64,000 bases of DNA, taken from the NCBI GenBank assembly GCA_013239625.1, contig MU053513.1:1042927-1106926 (forward strand), written 5' to 3'. Both the position numbers and the translations under genes were made by a program. Each line of letters opens with the position of its first letter. Position 1 is the stretch's first letter. Shown one piece after another: positions 36,790 to 49,635 of the stretch. The notes beneath the pieces were generated by a model. That model searched no databases. It saw only the letters and a program-made list of their open reading frames with translations, and was not told the origin of the DNA. This stretch comes from Lama guanicoe (lineage: Eukaryota).

Positions 36790-38142
36790 AGACAAAACAA
36801 GAGCTTTCCGCTCAATATTTTTACAGACAAATTTATTCCCGATAAAAGTGATGTGTAATAGATAACAGTCATCTATATTCATATATAAGGAATGTTATTT
36901 AACTGTAAATTAATCCATAATACATTTAACCCTATCTTAACAAGTTATTTGCCCTGAAGTATTTAAGTATATTCACATATTAAACCATTGAAGGCAGAGA
37001 AAAATCATTATAAAATATTTTAAAGTACCCAAAAAGTAACTAAATAAATAAACAAAAAACATATATATATGAAATAAGAAATGACATAGCCAATTCAAAT
37101 TAATTTCCAAAATACACTGAGTTTGGATGGTGAGATATTTGCTGTTCTTTGGCAAGAGTGCTTGATAGCTGGTATTAACATTAATGCTGTAGGACAAGAA
37201 TATCCTGCTCTCAAAATACTGCAACTTCATCATCTATCAACATGGCTAATTATTGAGACTACTGGAATTCAACTTCCTGAGAACAGTCTTCTATCTCCAA
37301 TTAGAGGCATATTCGTAAACGAAAATATTAAAATAAATGTAATGGGATTTTATCGTATATATTCTTCTGGAAATGAACATAAGTATACATTCAAATGAGA
37401 AACAATATTGATCATTTTGGCACTTTGTTTTGGTCTTATTTTCTTTAATTTTTTTGCTTCAATTTCAGAAATGAGAGTTAAACTCAAAGTAGGGAAATCA
37501 TATTCAGAAGTCGATGACTTTTACTAACTCATAGTAAAATCTACTTAATCACTGAAATTTAGTAAAAGCTTCCTTCCTCTCTGCTTGAATTATACTATTA
37601 CCTGAAATAATTAGCGATACAAGATCTTTTGCATATTTGGCCCACAACTATTTGAAAAGCCACTTCAGTCATTATGAGACTTTTCTGTTTGGTTTAACAC
37701 AAATTCCCAAGACGGCTTTAAAGTTGTTTGGAATTGTTCTTTTCAACATAATTGCAAGTTTGTTCATGGAAATGGGGATTATTTTTTTACTCTGCTTGGA
37801 AAAGGGACTTCTCAGAAACAGGATTTATCAGTAGAAAGAGCATTTATCGTACTTCCTCTCTGAAATATTCCAGGAATTCTTATCAGATCATAGAACAGGC
37901 AATTGAGGGCATTGAGTCTTGATGGGAGACTATGGGGATTAGTTGAAAGCATCAGTTTTTTCATCTACTTTGAACCAAACTAACATCTAGTCCTAGACCC
38001 CTGAGTCTATTTTCCAAGTAACAGCTGTTATGAAGTTCTGTCCTCTTCCTTCACATGTGTGCATCTCTACTACAACTATCAGTGTCACCATCCTCTTGAG
38101 CTAGTTGCTCAAGGTGAATTTAGACGTAGGCTATTAGAAGAA

Positions 38143-38548
38143 TTTTTTTTAATTTTGTTTTTTATTGAATTGTAATTGATTTACAGTGTTAGTTTCAGGT
38201 GTACAGCAAAGCAATTCAGTTATACACACACTTTTTTTTTCAGGTTCTCTTCCATTATATGTTATTACAAGAAATCGAATATAGTTCCCTGTGCTATACA
38301 GTAGGTGTTTGTTGTTTATCTGTTTTATATATAGTAATGTGTATCTGTTAATCCCAAACTCCTAATTTATCCTCCCCCACCACCACCCTTTCCCCTTTGG
38401 TAACCATAGTTTGTTTCTTATGCCCATGAATCTGTTTTTGGTATGTAAATAAGATTTGTATCATTTCTTAAGTAAAGTAAGTCAGACAGAGAAAGACAGA
38501 TATCATATGATATCACTTATATGTGGCATCTAAAAAGAATTATATGAA
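38143..38548 (-). mobile_element. L1 3' fragment with a 5' inversion
   Basis: polyT plus antisense 3' UTR to ~38466, then the sense segment 'aagtcagacagagaaagacagatatcatatgatatcacttatatgtgg'. Confidence 0.85.
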
Positions 38549-38874
38549 AGAAATCTTCACTTTCTAGTCAATGTCCAGAGAGGATCCAGCACCTCCTCCT
38601 CTTACTTATTTTTATTGCCTCACATGTGCCCACTTTAAATGTAGAAGATGTACCACACACCAAAAATTGTCTAGAATTCTATTTAAATACAGAATGTACA
38701 TGAACCGACTCCCCAAACTGACTCATGTTGCTTTCTTATTTGTGACTAACTAGCACAGATGTTAACAAGTTGAAGTGATTATCCAACAGGCCTAGTCAGA
38801 TAAGCTAGGTGCTACCTTAGAATTATACAGTGCATTTATAAAAATTAGTTTTTGTTTTTAATCCCCCTAGGGAG

Positions 38875-39020
38875 AGGGTTACCAGATTTAGCAAACAAAA
38901 CATAAGACACCCAGGTAAATTTAAATAAATTGAAAACTTGGAAAAATCAAATTTGAATATACAATTTTTGGAGGGTATCTGGCCCAAATATTATGTCTTA
39001 TATTTTTATCTGGCAGTTCT
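38875..39020 (+). mobile_element. MER53-like hAT MITE
   Basis: 'agggttaccagatttagcaaacaaaa..cacccaggtaaattt' ... 'tttatctggcagttct' (inverted termini). Confidence 0.8.
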
Positions 39021-39849
39021 ACACAGAAAGGTGATCAATTTGCCGAAGAAACACAATGTCTTTGGATTTTTCAAACCCAGTGCCATTTTATAAAGCAAGT
39101 GTTTAACTCCATAATACTATGAAGAAAAAAATTATTCCATTTAAACAACTTCTTAATATTATGGAGTTGGTAGTTTAAATTTTCTTCTAAGTTGTTATTT
39201 TGAAGTTTTCAGGACTAATCATTCATATTTATTTGACAACTCCTCTGGTCTGGAGAAAGCTAGGAATGATAACAAATGAAAGAACCTTACAGTTTAAAAA
39301 GATCTCTGACCTTAGGGTGAATTAGTCAAGTCACTATTTATAAGACTGTTAACTTGAAAGTGCTAATTAGATAAAACAGGCGTATGTGACAAGAGCCCAG
39401 ATGGCTAGGGCAGAGGTCTGGGAGACGATACATACACAAAACTTTTGCAAAAAAGAAAAAGAAAATCAAACAAACAAACCAAAATATCAAACAAAATAGT
39501 AGACACTTCACATAGTGATTCTAACTTAGTATGTTCAAAATACTGCATTCCTATAGCACTCAGTTTGCAACACCTCAGCCCTATAGAATAATCATTTCTG
39601 TGCCGTTTATCTATAAACATAAGTTAATAGTCCTTTGTGCATTACAAAAGCATGATGGACCGAACATGTTGACCAAGTGTTGATTTCATTAGCTTAATCA
39701 AGTATTTGCTACCTTAAAATAACCAGTCCAAACAGAAAATTTTGAATTGTATCAATATGTAGAAAATCCACTGGAGTAAGTTCTTAAAATATTATTCACT
39801 AACTTAGCGTGGATAAGTTCTGTAGAGTGGATTTGATAGCCAAGAACTA

Positions 39850-40740
39850 GAAATACCAGCATCATTTTTAACTAGAAAAAGATAATTTTAGCAAGGAAAA
39901 ATGCAGCTTTATCTCACTTATGAATATAGATGCAAATATTCAAACAACAAATATATAAACTAAATCCAAAATAACATTTAAAAGTACACCATGACCAAGT
40001 TGGACATATTTTAGGAATATAAATTTGCTTTAACATTGAAAATCTATTAAACCACAAACACATATGTATTACAGGGGGAAAAGCACAAGGTCATCTAAGA
40101 GATGTAGAAGTTTTATAAAATTCCACCTGTCTTCACTTAAAGAACCAACAGAAGACTAAGAATAAAAGGGAGCTTCTTAGCCTGATAAAAGATACATTCC
40201 AAAAAGTCTGCCACACATATCCTGTAATGTTGAGTCATTAAAAGTATTCCCTTCAAAATCAGGAATGAATCAAGGATGCACATGTCACTACTTTTATTCC
40301 AATTTTATTGGGGATCATTTCCAGTAGAGTAAGAAACTCAAAAATAAATTAAAGGCCTAAGTACTTGAAGAATACTTTAAGAAAGAAAATGTTAAATGGG
40401 TGATATATTTGAGCACACAAAATACCCAAAATGATCTATAAACAAATCACTAGAACTAATAAGAATTTAGCTGGGTGGCTTGTTATGAGTTTATTATAGA
40501 AAAAGAAATAGTATCATGATACACAAGTAACCAACTGAAACAATGTTTAAAGCACAGAGAGCCAGTGCTAGAGAGAGAGAGAATATTTACAATAACAACA
40601 GAAATGAAATATGTAGAGATATGTGTGTAGAAAGTTTTAACATTACTGAGAGACATTAAAGAAGATCTAAACAGAGAGATATCCGTGTTCAAGGATACAC
40701 TCATCCAATCTTTTAAAAGTGTGTACTCTCCCCAGTTTTC
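39850..40740 (+). mobile_element. Old L1 ORF2 (RT region) relic
   Basis: 'cttatgaatatagatgcaaatatt', 'caccatgaccaagttgga', 'aaatcaggaatgaatcaaggatgc'. Confidence 0.85.
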
Positions 40741-41395
40741 ACCACCTCCACTTATATCATGCTGGTCCAACCCCCATCATCTTTTCCCATTTTCCTAACC
40801 TCCTAACTGGTCTCCACCCTTCTATGTGTGGCCTCAGAACCTGTAAATTCTGTGCTCAAAAATCTTCACTAGATTCACATTTCATCATATAAATGCTAAA
40901 ATCCCTGAAATCGCCTATGAGATACTTGGTGAGCTGGCCCCACACTTACCTTTCAATCTTTTCTATCACTCTCTTCACTCAACTTGCTCCCGATGTAAAG
41001 GCCTCCTGGCTATTCTTCAAACATCCCAGGATCCTTCCTGCCCTGGGTGTTCCCTCTGCATCACTAAGGGCCTCACCTATGTCAAGTCCTTGCTGAAATT
41101 CTCTCTCAGAGATATCCACCCTAGCTACCTTATTTAAAACTGCAGCTAGCCAGCCCTCTACCCCCAGATTACCCATCTCATTTTATTTTTCTCAGTGGCA
41201 CTTGTTATCTCCTTATGGACTATATGATTCACTTATTTATTATGCTCATTTTCAGTCTCTTCCCAGTTAAAACTTAACTTCCATGAGGGCAGGGATTTTT
41301 TTTTTTCCTGTTTTGTTTATTGCCACACCCACAGCACAGTCAGCAGGTACTTAGCACTCAATACATTTTTGTTAAATGCTGCAATAAATGAAATG
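40740..41395 (+). mobile_element. L2 3' region
   Basis: 'cctcctaactggtctcc', 'ggcctcctggctattcttcaaaca', 'ttccatgagggcaggga', 'gcactcaatacatttttgtt'. Confidence 0.85.
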
Positions 41396-41429
41396 TAATT
41401 TTGACTGCAATAAGATAGGGATTCTTAAC

Positions 41430-42270
41430 GGATTAACTTAATTATCTGTAATTATTACATATACCCATTAGAGCACCAAAAAGTTAAGAAATATCACATT
41501 CTGGGAGGATGTAGATCAGCAGGAACTCTTACACGTTTCTGGTGGGACAGCAATTTTGGACTCATTTCAGAAAACCTATTGACACTATCTTGCAAAGTTA
41601 AACAAACATCCATTTGTCCTGCAAACCAACTGTTCTGCCCTTATGTACAAGAAAATGTGTTTCATATGTGTTGGCAGATGCAAAATTACTCATAACAGCA
41701 ATATTCCTATCAATAAAGTGCTGGAAGGTACCTGTGTCCTTTGACAAAGGAATGGATAAATAAATGATGTTATCACTACTGAATCAAAATATTACAAAGC
41801 AATTTAGATGTATGAAACACAACTATTCACATCTTAAAATATAATGCATCTTAAAATATAATGTTAACTAGAACTGTCCTATAAGACTACATCAAATATG
41901 GAACTATTTTTATAAATCTCAACACAAATACATCTAGACCATATATTGCCTTTGGCTAACATACATATGTCAAAATAACTACATATATAGTTAGTTTTCT
42001 ATACTAGTGTAGAAACGACTCGTCTAGAGCCACTGAAGCGCTCTGCAGCAGTGTCCTCCAGCGGAAAGCAGGGGACAGTCAAGCGTACACAGGTAGATGC
42101 AAGCCGTGTTAATATCTGCGTTCTTAGGTCGCATAATGGCTTCACCAGTGTTCATTACACTGTTTTGCTAGTGTACGTGTTACGTATATTTTAAATATCT
42201 CTACATATATTTTAAATATCTCAAATATAATTTATGCATACTTTAAAATATTTAATATAAAAGATAAATG
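41430..42270 (+). mobile_element. Old L1ME-like 3' region
   Basis: 'gaggatgtagatcagcaggaactctt', 'aaggaatggataaataaatg', 'gtgttcattac'; contains a 17-bp tandem duplication at 41830-41863. Confidence 0.7.
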
Positions 42271-45084
42271 GAAAAGGAATCATGAAGTGTCCATAGCACT
42301 GTATGGCTCGCTTTAAAAATGAATTTAGGCATTAGTGATATCAAACAATTGTCTGTTCAGCTACTGTTTCAACATTCTCAGAGATCCTTCGGCACCCAGC
42401 TTTAAGGGCACTGATTAATCTTAAATTCTGCGCTTTGGAAGATGTTTTACTCCAAGTTTTGATCTTTCAAACTTCTGAAAGAAGTCCCTCAATTCATCTT
42501 TGAAATCCAAATTTTCTACTTTGGTGTTTCATGTTTCCATTTTTATTCACTGACAGAACCTTTCTGAATTATCGTGACATAGACAAAAGAGGAAAAAGGG
42601 AAAATTAACCTAAAGAGATGTTTTTCCTGACCAGCGCAACCCATGCCACACTCTTACAAATAACTCAACTGGGTTTACTTTCAAACAAAACCTTTTTGTT
42701 ATTCTAATAAGGGATAGCTGTTCTTTAAACTTATGTCATATTGTCTGATCCACATCAATTGCCTAGATGGGGCTAAGAATGCGGCTACAGTTATAGGTGG
42801 CCAGGAAGGTTTTGTGAGAAATGTTTTCTTCCCCAAGGCAGACAAAATGCTTGGATGAAGGTTTAAAAAAAAAGAAAAACTTATTTCCATTGCATTACAT
42901 ATTTTGATGTATGCTTAATGTATTCCTTTTCGAAATATTCCTTTGCTGAAGTGGAGGCAAAGACAGAATGAGCAACAGTTGTTGTTCTATGCACACCAAG
43001 TACCCATTTTTAAAACTCTTAAAAATGCAGCAGAGCAATTTAAAAGAGCAAGTGGCATGGTTACTTTTTTTAAAAATATGTATTCTCTGTAGCTACATTT
43101 ACCAGACTCAAAACATGCAAATTGTACAATGCCTGAATTTGGATATGGCTAGTTTCCCTCAAGACTGGTTAATACGGAGATATTAAATCCATCTATTTAT
43201 GTCTTAAATGCAGATTTCTTAAAACAGAGCCAACATTTCTTTTGAAGCGATTCAACAGCATGGCATTTAACATCAAGACATACTTAAGATGTTGAAAAGA
43301 TTCCACTCAACAATATTCCTTGAATCAACAATAGTTTTATTAATTATTAATCAGATACATTTTTCTTCACTTTAAGTCCTCTCCTTGACTTTCTGTAAGT
43401 ACCTTATAAATTTCTGAGTAAAGTGTGAATTTACTTTGCCTGTTGAAGTCAAGTTATTTTGTGTGTTTGAATTACAAGTTGAAGGAGGCTGTGGTTTTGT
43501 TAACTCCATATTTATACTCAAATGCAAAGGATATTGAAATTATTCTATGCCTGTGTTCTGTGACTGTTTCCTTCTAGTCCCATTCACCTCTTCTTTTGAA
43601 GTCATTGTTACCTCGAGATGAAAAAACATATATGTTCTATTAGCTGAATCAATATTTCTATTCAAGAAAAAGGTTTAAATTAAAAAAAATAAAAAATAAA
43701 AAACTCTTCCAGCATAAAAATAAATCATCTCCAGCAATTTAGTTTCTAAATGAGTTTGCCTTTCATGCTTATGCAAGACTGACTTCTTGCTAATCCTTCA
43801 CTCCAAGGCATTTCATAATGGAGATCCCTGGTGTTTGGCCTTGTCATTTTACAGGATTAATTTGATCCACTGTCATCCAGCTAAACTGCCTTGTGTCTCT
43901 TGTTAGTGTGCAGCCCATCACTAAGCCCTAGTATTTGTTCTTTAGACTTTATAGAATGACTCTTCGTTCACTTTCAGGATATACCATTCATCACATATTC
44001 AATGACTGCAGAAAATGTGCTGTCTCTTTATGGCATTTTTAATGCTCTAAAAAAATTATTTGTTAAAGGAGGGTTGAAGGAAGTATTGTCCTTCAAGCTG
44101 AAAGTTTATAGTTTTTCAACACTTAGTATGAAAAGAGCACATTCACACCCAGATTTTTTAAAAAGGTAAAAGAATAGAATAGCTAGTCTGAATACTTGAA
44201 AGGTAAATGAATACAATATTTAGTCTGAAAGCTTAAAAGGAAGTTGAGAGGTGGCAGCAGGAAGACAAAAGAAAAATGGGAAAGCCAAGGTAATAAGAAA
44301 GAAAAGAAAAACTCAAAGGTGAACTGCAGTAGAGAGAAGTGTTTATCATTTTTCTCAGAATATATACATTTCTCTTTTTGTACCAAAATATTAAGTCCTT
44401 TGAAATGTTCCAAAAAGACCAGAATCTAAAATGGATTCTCACTCTTGTATTCAAAGATTAGCATTTCATGAGCTTCTGCCCCCTCTTGTTGAAACTTTCC
44501 TTACTCACATTAGTTATCAAGACACTTGGCATTTTTTCACAGCATGCATGAGTCACAACACAGACACCTCTATCCTCAAAATAAATGGATGTTGAACTTT
44601 GAATAAAACATGCCTCTTTCATCTTAATCTCAAATTTGTGAGTGTGCGCCTCCTCCCTCTTAGTCTGTTGTTCGATTGCCTTGCAATAACACTTCTTTCT
44701 GTTGTACAATCGAGGTTGAAAAATGATGCTCCAAGGACGTACCTTGGGGATCAGCTGTCCGTGAATGGGAAAGAATTGAGGAAGGGGTAACATTTGATGC
44801 ACTGGGGTTTTTCCAGGGCTTCAAGTCTCTCATTAGGCTATACTTCTAAGAGATACTAGGTTCTAAGAGTTTACAAAATATACTTGGCTGATGACAATAG
44901 AATTAAATTTTTTTAAATAAAATTATTTTTATCTCTAAAATTTTTTATTTCTAAAAGAGAATACAGAAATACCTTAGTCAAATAAAAAATATGCCTCATT
45001 TTTTAGTTTACCAGCTATTGTAATACATTAAAGTCTTACATATCTGCTGTCTTGTTTCTATACAAGAAAGTGTCTACACTGTAA

Positions 45085-45300
45085 GGTGGATAGAATGGGT
45101 ACTTTCATCTCATTTTATAGATTAAGAAATTGAAATGGGGCATCATTTATTACATTACATTGAAAGTCACTGGAACAACCGCAGCAAGGACGTGGGTCTT
45201 CTGACTTTTTGCCCTGGATTATGTTATTTATTTATTCATCCACTGATTGAGTTCCTATTATGTGCCGGATACTGCACTGGGCTCCAGGAATAACAACACC
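45085..45300 (-). mobile_element. MIR fragment followed by an L2 tail
   Basis: 'ctcattttatagattaagaaattgaa'; 'ttattcatccactgattgagttcctattatgtgccggatactgcactgg'. Confidence 0.65.
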
Positions 45301-46329
45301 AGGCTGCCTTTTAACCTATTGCTATAGCTACATGTAAACGTATCTGTGTGTAATATAGAAATATTACATATATAAATTAAAAATATACTACTAGAAGGCA
45401 AAATATTGCAAGTGAATCTGAAGCTATCAATATTACAGACCTATTTTCATTATTGTCTATCATTATTGTTGACTCAATTTGCCAACATAACAAATCCAAT
45501 TTTAATTATAATTGACAATAAGCTCCACAAAAACTGGAACTACTATCCTCTTCTTCATTATCTGGCATCTCACAAAATTTCTAGCAAATAGTAGGCACCT
45601 CAAAAATGCATTTGGAGAGAATCAAGTAGTAGTTTTTCTGTACTCACTGATACTTACCTGCTGTACTCCAGATCAACACTCCACTCAGAGCTGACACTCG
45701 ACGTGATTAAAAAATAGATAAAAATCCTCACTGGCATCTTCCTTCCATCTCCCGTCTGACACAGCCCTTATAGATCCCCCTTTCTTCAGGCCTGTATACT
45801 GAGTCCATGATCACTAGAGCCTTTCTCAGGCTAAATCTTAAATGACACTAGTACTTATAATACAGGACTATTTTAATTGTATTTTGTTGTATGGCTCTTA
45901 AAAAGTTCCAGGATCAATGGAGTAAATCCCTAAAGTCAATATTTCAAATAAAAGCTGAGTATATGTGTCTGAGAAAAGAACACCCACACTCACCCCCTGT
46001 TCAATGGAAACCACAATTTACAAGACACTGTCTTTTGATTCATCTGACTTCAGTCCTCTGCTGAACATCTGTGTGAGAAAACCATTTGGAAATCAATGCT
46101 GCACTAATTCTAAAATTAAATGGTCTCTTAAAAAACAAATCGATTTTTCAAAGAAAAAAATATTCCCTTAAAAGAATTAATTCTCACCTGGAAGCTCTCC
46201 TTATCAGATTGTTCCATAATTTTGAAAATTCTTAAAAGTAAAGACCTAATAAATTGGCTGTAAATGAGAACCCATCACTTCAGCATATGTCAAGGATGCT
46301 TGAGACATACAAATCTAATGGACAGCCAA

Positions 46330-46735
46330 ACATTCCCTTCCATTGTGCAGAGTTGTTACTGGAATGACTGCCAGTCAATGGACTACATTTCCCAGGCCTC
46401 TTTGCACGTCACTGGAACCATGGGATGCTTCCTGTTGCTGGTGTCAGTAGAAGTACTATGAACCCCTTGTCAGCCAAACTGACAAAGAAGTGAGTAAGCC
46501 TTCTTCACATTCTCCTAACCTATCTATGAGCAAAATTCACGAACAAACCCGCAGCTCTAGAGGAGGACAGAGCCACAATATGGAAGGTGCCTGGGTCCCT
46601 AAGTGTGGAAAGCTGCCTGCCAATCAAGAACACCCAAGTGGGATTCCACGCACCAGAAAGAAACCTCCATTTTTTTAACCCATTGAGATTTTAAGCTGAT
46701 TCATTACAGCAGCTAGCATTTTCTTCAGTAACAAA
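46330..46735 (+). mobile_element. Old MLT1 (I/J-like) LTR
   Basis: 'gactacatttcccaggcctctttgca', 'agagccacaatatggaaggtgcctgggtccct', 'ttacagcagctagc'. Confidence 0.75.
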
Positions 46736-46783
46736 ACGCTCGACTATAAAACGAAATTGAAACAGATACTCATTTGTTAACGG

Positions 46784-47095
46784 TGCGTCTTAGTCTGTTT
46801 GTAACATAATACCACAGACTGGGTGACTTATAAAAACAGAAATCTCTTCTTCACAATTCTGGAGGCTGGGAAGTCCAAGAGCAACGCTCCAGAAATTTGA
46901 TGTCTGGTGAGAGCCTGCTTCCTGGTTCACAAAAGTCCATCTTTACACTGTCTCCTCACCTGGAAGGGACCCATCACAAGGGTTCCACCCTTGTTACCTA
47001 ATCAGCTACCAAAGGCCACACCTCCTAGTACCACCACACTGGGGTTGGGATTTCAACGTGTGAATTTGGGAAGAACACAAACAGTAGTCTACAGC
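46784..47095 (-). mobile_element. MLT1A/B-like LTR
   Basis: 'tcttagtctgttt..ataccacagactgggtgacttataaaaacagaa..ttctggaggctgggaagtccaag'. Confidence 0.9.
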
Positions 47096-48489
47096 TCTGT
47101 GGAAGCAGGTGAGGTATCAGATGGGGTCTGCAAATGGCGTTTTTCTTTCATCCATGTTGTCCTTTCTAAACATTAATAATGCTTAGTCTGGTGTTTGAAC
47201 ATTTATATAAAAGGAAATGTTACAGAGCAAATACACGAATGGAATCTTCCCAAGAATCAAAGGTGCGGCAGGCTGAAAAGCAGCTCCAGGACATCCAGTC
47301 CAGCTCAGTAAGTTTTGCGAGGACTCCTACAGTCAGTTTGCAGTGTCTTAGTTTCTGTGGGTGCTATGGCGTTAAAGCCCAGAATACAGATGACGCTTTC
47401 CTGAGAAGATTTCAAATAGATTGACCATCCTCCAGAATGAAGAGAAGTCACATTTTAACTGGACCTCTTCCTTTGTGCCTCCAAGGGCAGCTATGCTTTA
47501 AATCTATCATCACTGTGGAACATTGCATGAGGGAGCATCAGCTTTTGTTGCCAAGAACGTACCGGCCACAAGTGCACAATTAAAACAAGGCTACACTAGC
47601 TGGTGTCCACAATGTGGGCCAAAAGGTATTTGGACTTAAAAATCTTTCAAATGAATTCAAGGTGAGCTGGAGAAGTTTACAAAGTCTTATTCATTCGGTT
47701 TTCGACACCGCTGAGGAAATAATTAAAATGTGTTTACTGAATCTCTGAAAGTGAATCTGTTTCTTAATTAATGGGAAAATGCTTTGCACCAAACAATGAT
47801 GCAAATCTCTTGAGAAATTCTGTAATTTTATAAACTATGATAACAAAGCAATGGTTGTTTACCACTCCCCATGCTATGTACTTTCTTGTTTGATTACTCC
47901 AGTTCATAAACAAAGAATTAAATGACAGAGAGATATGTCAGCCTTCTCAACCCTTGTAAACAACTCTTTTGATAAATGAAGGGCAAATTCAGTAGTAAGA
48001 AAATAACTCTGTCTGGTAGAAAGACAGGGTTTCTTTTATATTTTTCAAATGTGCTCTTTCTTGTTTTTAAAGCTACCTTATCAAAGGACCGTGAAAAAGG
48101 AAGATGTCTCTTTAGACAATTTGCTTGGAGCGTTTCTAATATTTAGTACACTCAAAGTAAATAAGCCCTATCAAGACATTATGCTGAAAAAGGAGCAGGT
48201 CGATTGCTTTTGCCTACTGTGAGTATTAGAAATAGGATTTAGAATTCAGTCTGTTACAACGGCTTGAAGGAATTTTTTTTTTTTGCTTTGGTATTAAAAA
48301 GAAACAAAGATTCATTAAGAATGGCTGAATTCAAAGCAATAATTTAAAAATGTATACAGTTCTCTCAAGATTTAACTTAAATATTTTATATATTCATTAA
48401 GTTTCAAATAACATTTTTCTGGAATTAACTTCCTATCATGGGATAGGGTAAGACAGATCTAAATCTTTAATTTTGGGGAGGAGTGGAGC

Positions 48490-49635
48490 AAGGGTTGTCT
48501 GACTATGCCCTTGGCCTTTGACATTCACCTCATCTTCCTTGGAAAGTTTGCTTCCTTCCACAATTGCTTCAATTGTAAGTTATAAAGAATTCTTTCCCTC
48601 TGCGCATGATAATTCAGGCATAGACTTTAGGTTAAATAGCTTTCTGACGTGCTGTGTGATCTAAATGTTCATCAGCATGGTCAGACATCAGTGCTCACAA
48701 TGTGAAATCTCCTTAATGGTTTCTTCCCTTCTTCTCGACGTCTGATGTTGGCATGCCTGGGCATGGTTCCTTGACCTCTTCTCCTCCTATTTCCTCTACC
48801 TCTATCTGCCTTCCTTGATGATCACATCTGCCCACCTGGAGTTACATACCATCAAAAGGCAGAGGACTCCTAAATTCCTATCTCCAGTTCTTACAGAACT
48901 CCAGACACAAATGGCTAATACCTATTTGGAATCTCCACTTGAATGTCAAATAAGCTTCTCAAATTTTGCATGGTTGAAATACAACTTTTGATGTCTCCTG
49001 GGGCCAAAAAAGAGACCTCACTCAGACTCTTATCTCAGTTAATGGAGCCACCAATACTCACTCTCTCCTCATACATTGTAGACTTTCTGACTTTGCTTTA
49101 AAACATTTTCTAAATGTTAACTGTTTCTGAATGTATCCATGAATATCACCATAGTCCAATCATGTAATTTCTTCTAGAATGTTAAAAGAGCCTCTTCACA
49201 TTATCCGTGCTATCACTCTGTGCCTCAGCACGCTGTAGTCTTCCCACAGTAGCCAGTGCACTCCAGCCAGACTTGCCTATCGCTGGTCCTCAAACACACG
49301 AAGCCCACTCTTTCCCCACGTCTCCACACTTCCGTCCCCTATGCCTGGAACGCTTATCACAGATCTTTGCATAACTGGCTCCTTCATTTTGTCCACTGCT
49401 GTCCAAATGTCACCTCTTTGAGGGACTGTCTTTGAATCATGCCTTCAAAACAGTTGTCACTGTATCTTCTTCCTCTGCTTTCCAGGCAGGGTTGGCCTCC
49501 ACCTGCAGTTGTATTATTTATAATTTGTGTCCCTCATAAGAATGCAGGCACTTTGGCTTGTATTAGCTATCTGTGGTGCCCAGAACAGTGACTAACACTT
49601 GGACATTCAGTAATATTTGCTGAATGAATGAGTAA
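48490..49635 (+). mobile_element. L2 LINE (RT-3' region)
   Basis: 'gactcctaaattcctatctccag', 'atctccacttgaatgtc', 'aaatgtcacctct', tail 'gctgaatgaatgagt'. Confidence 0.85.
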
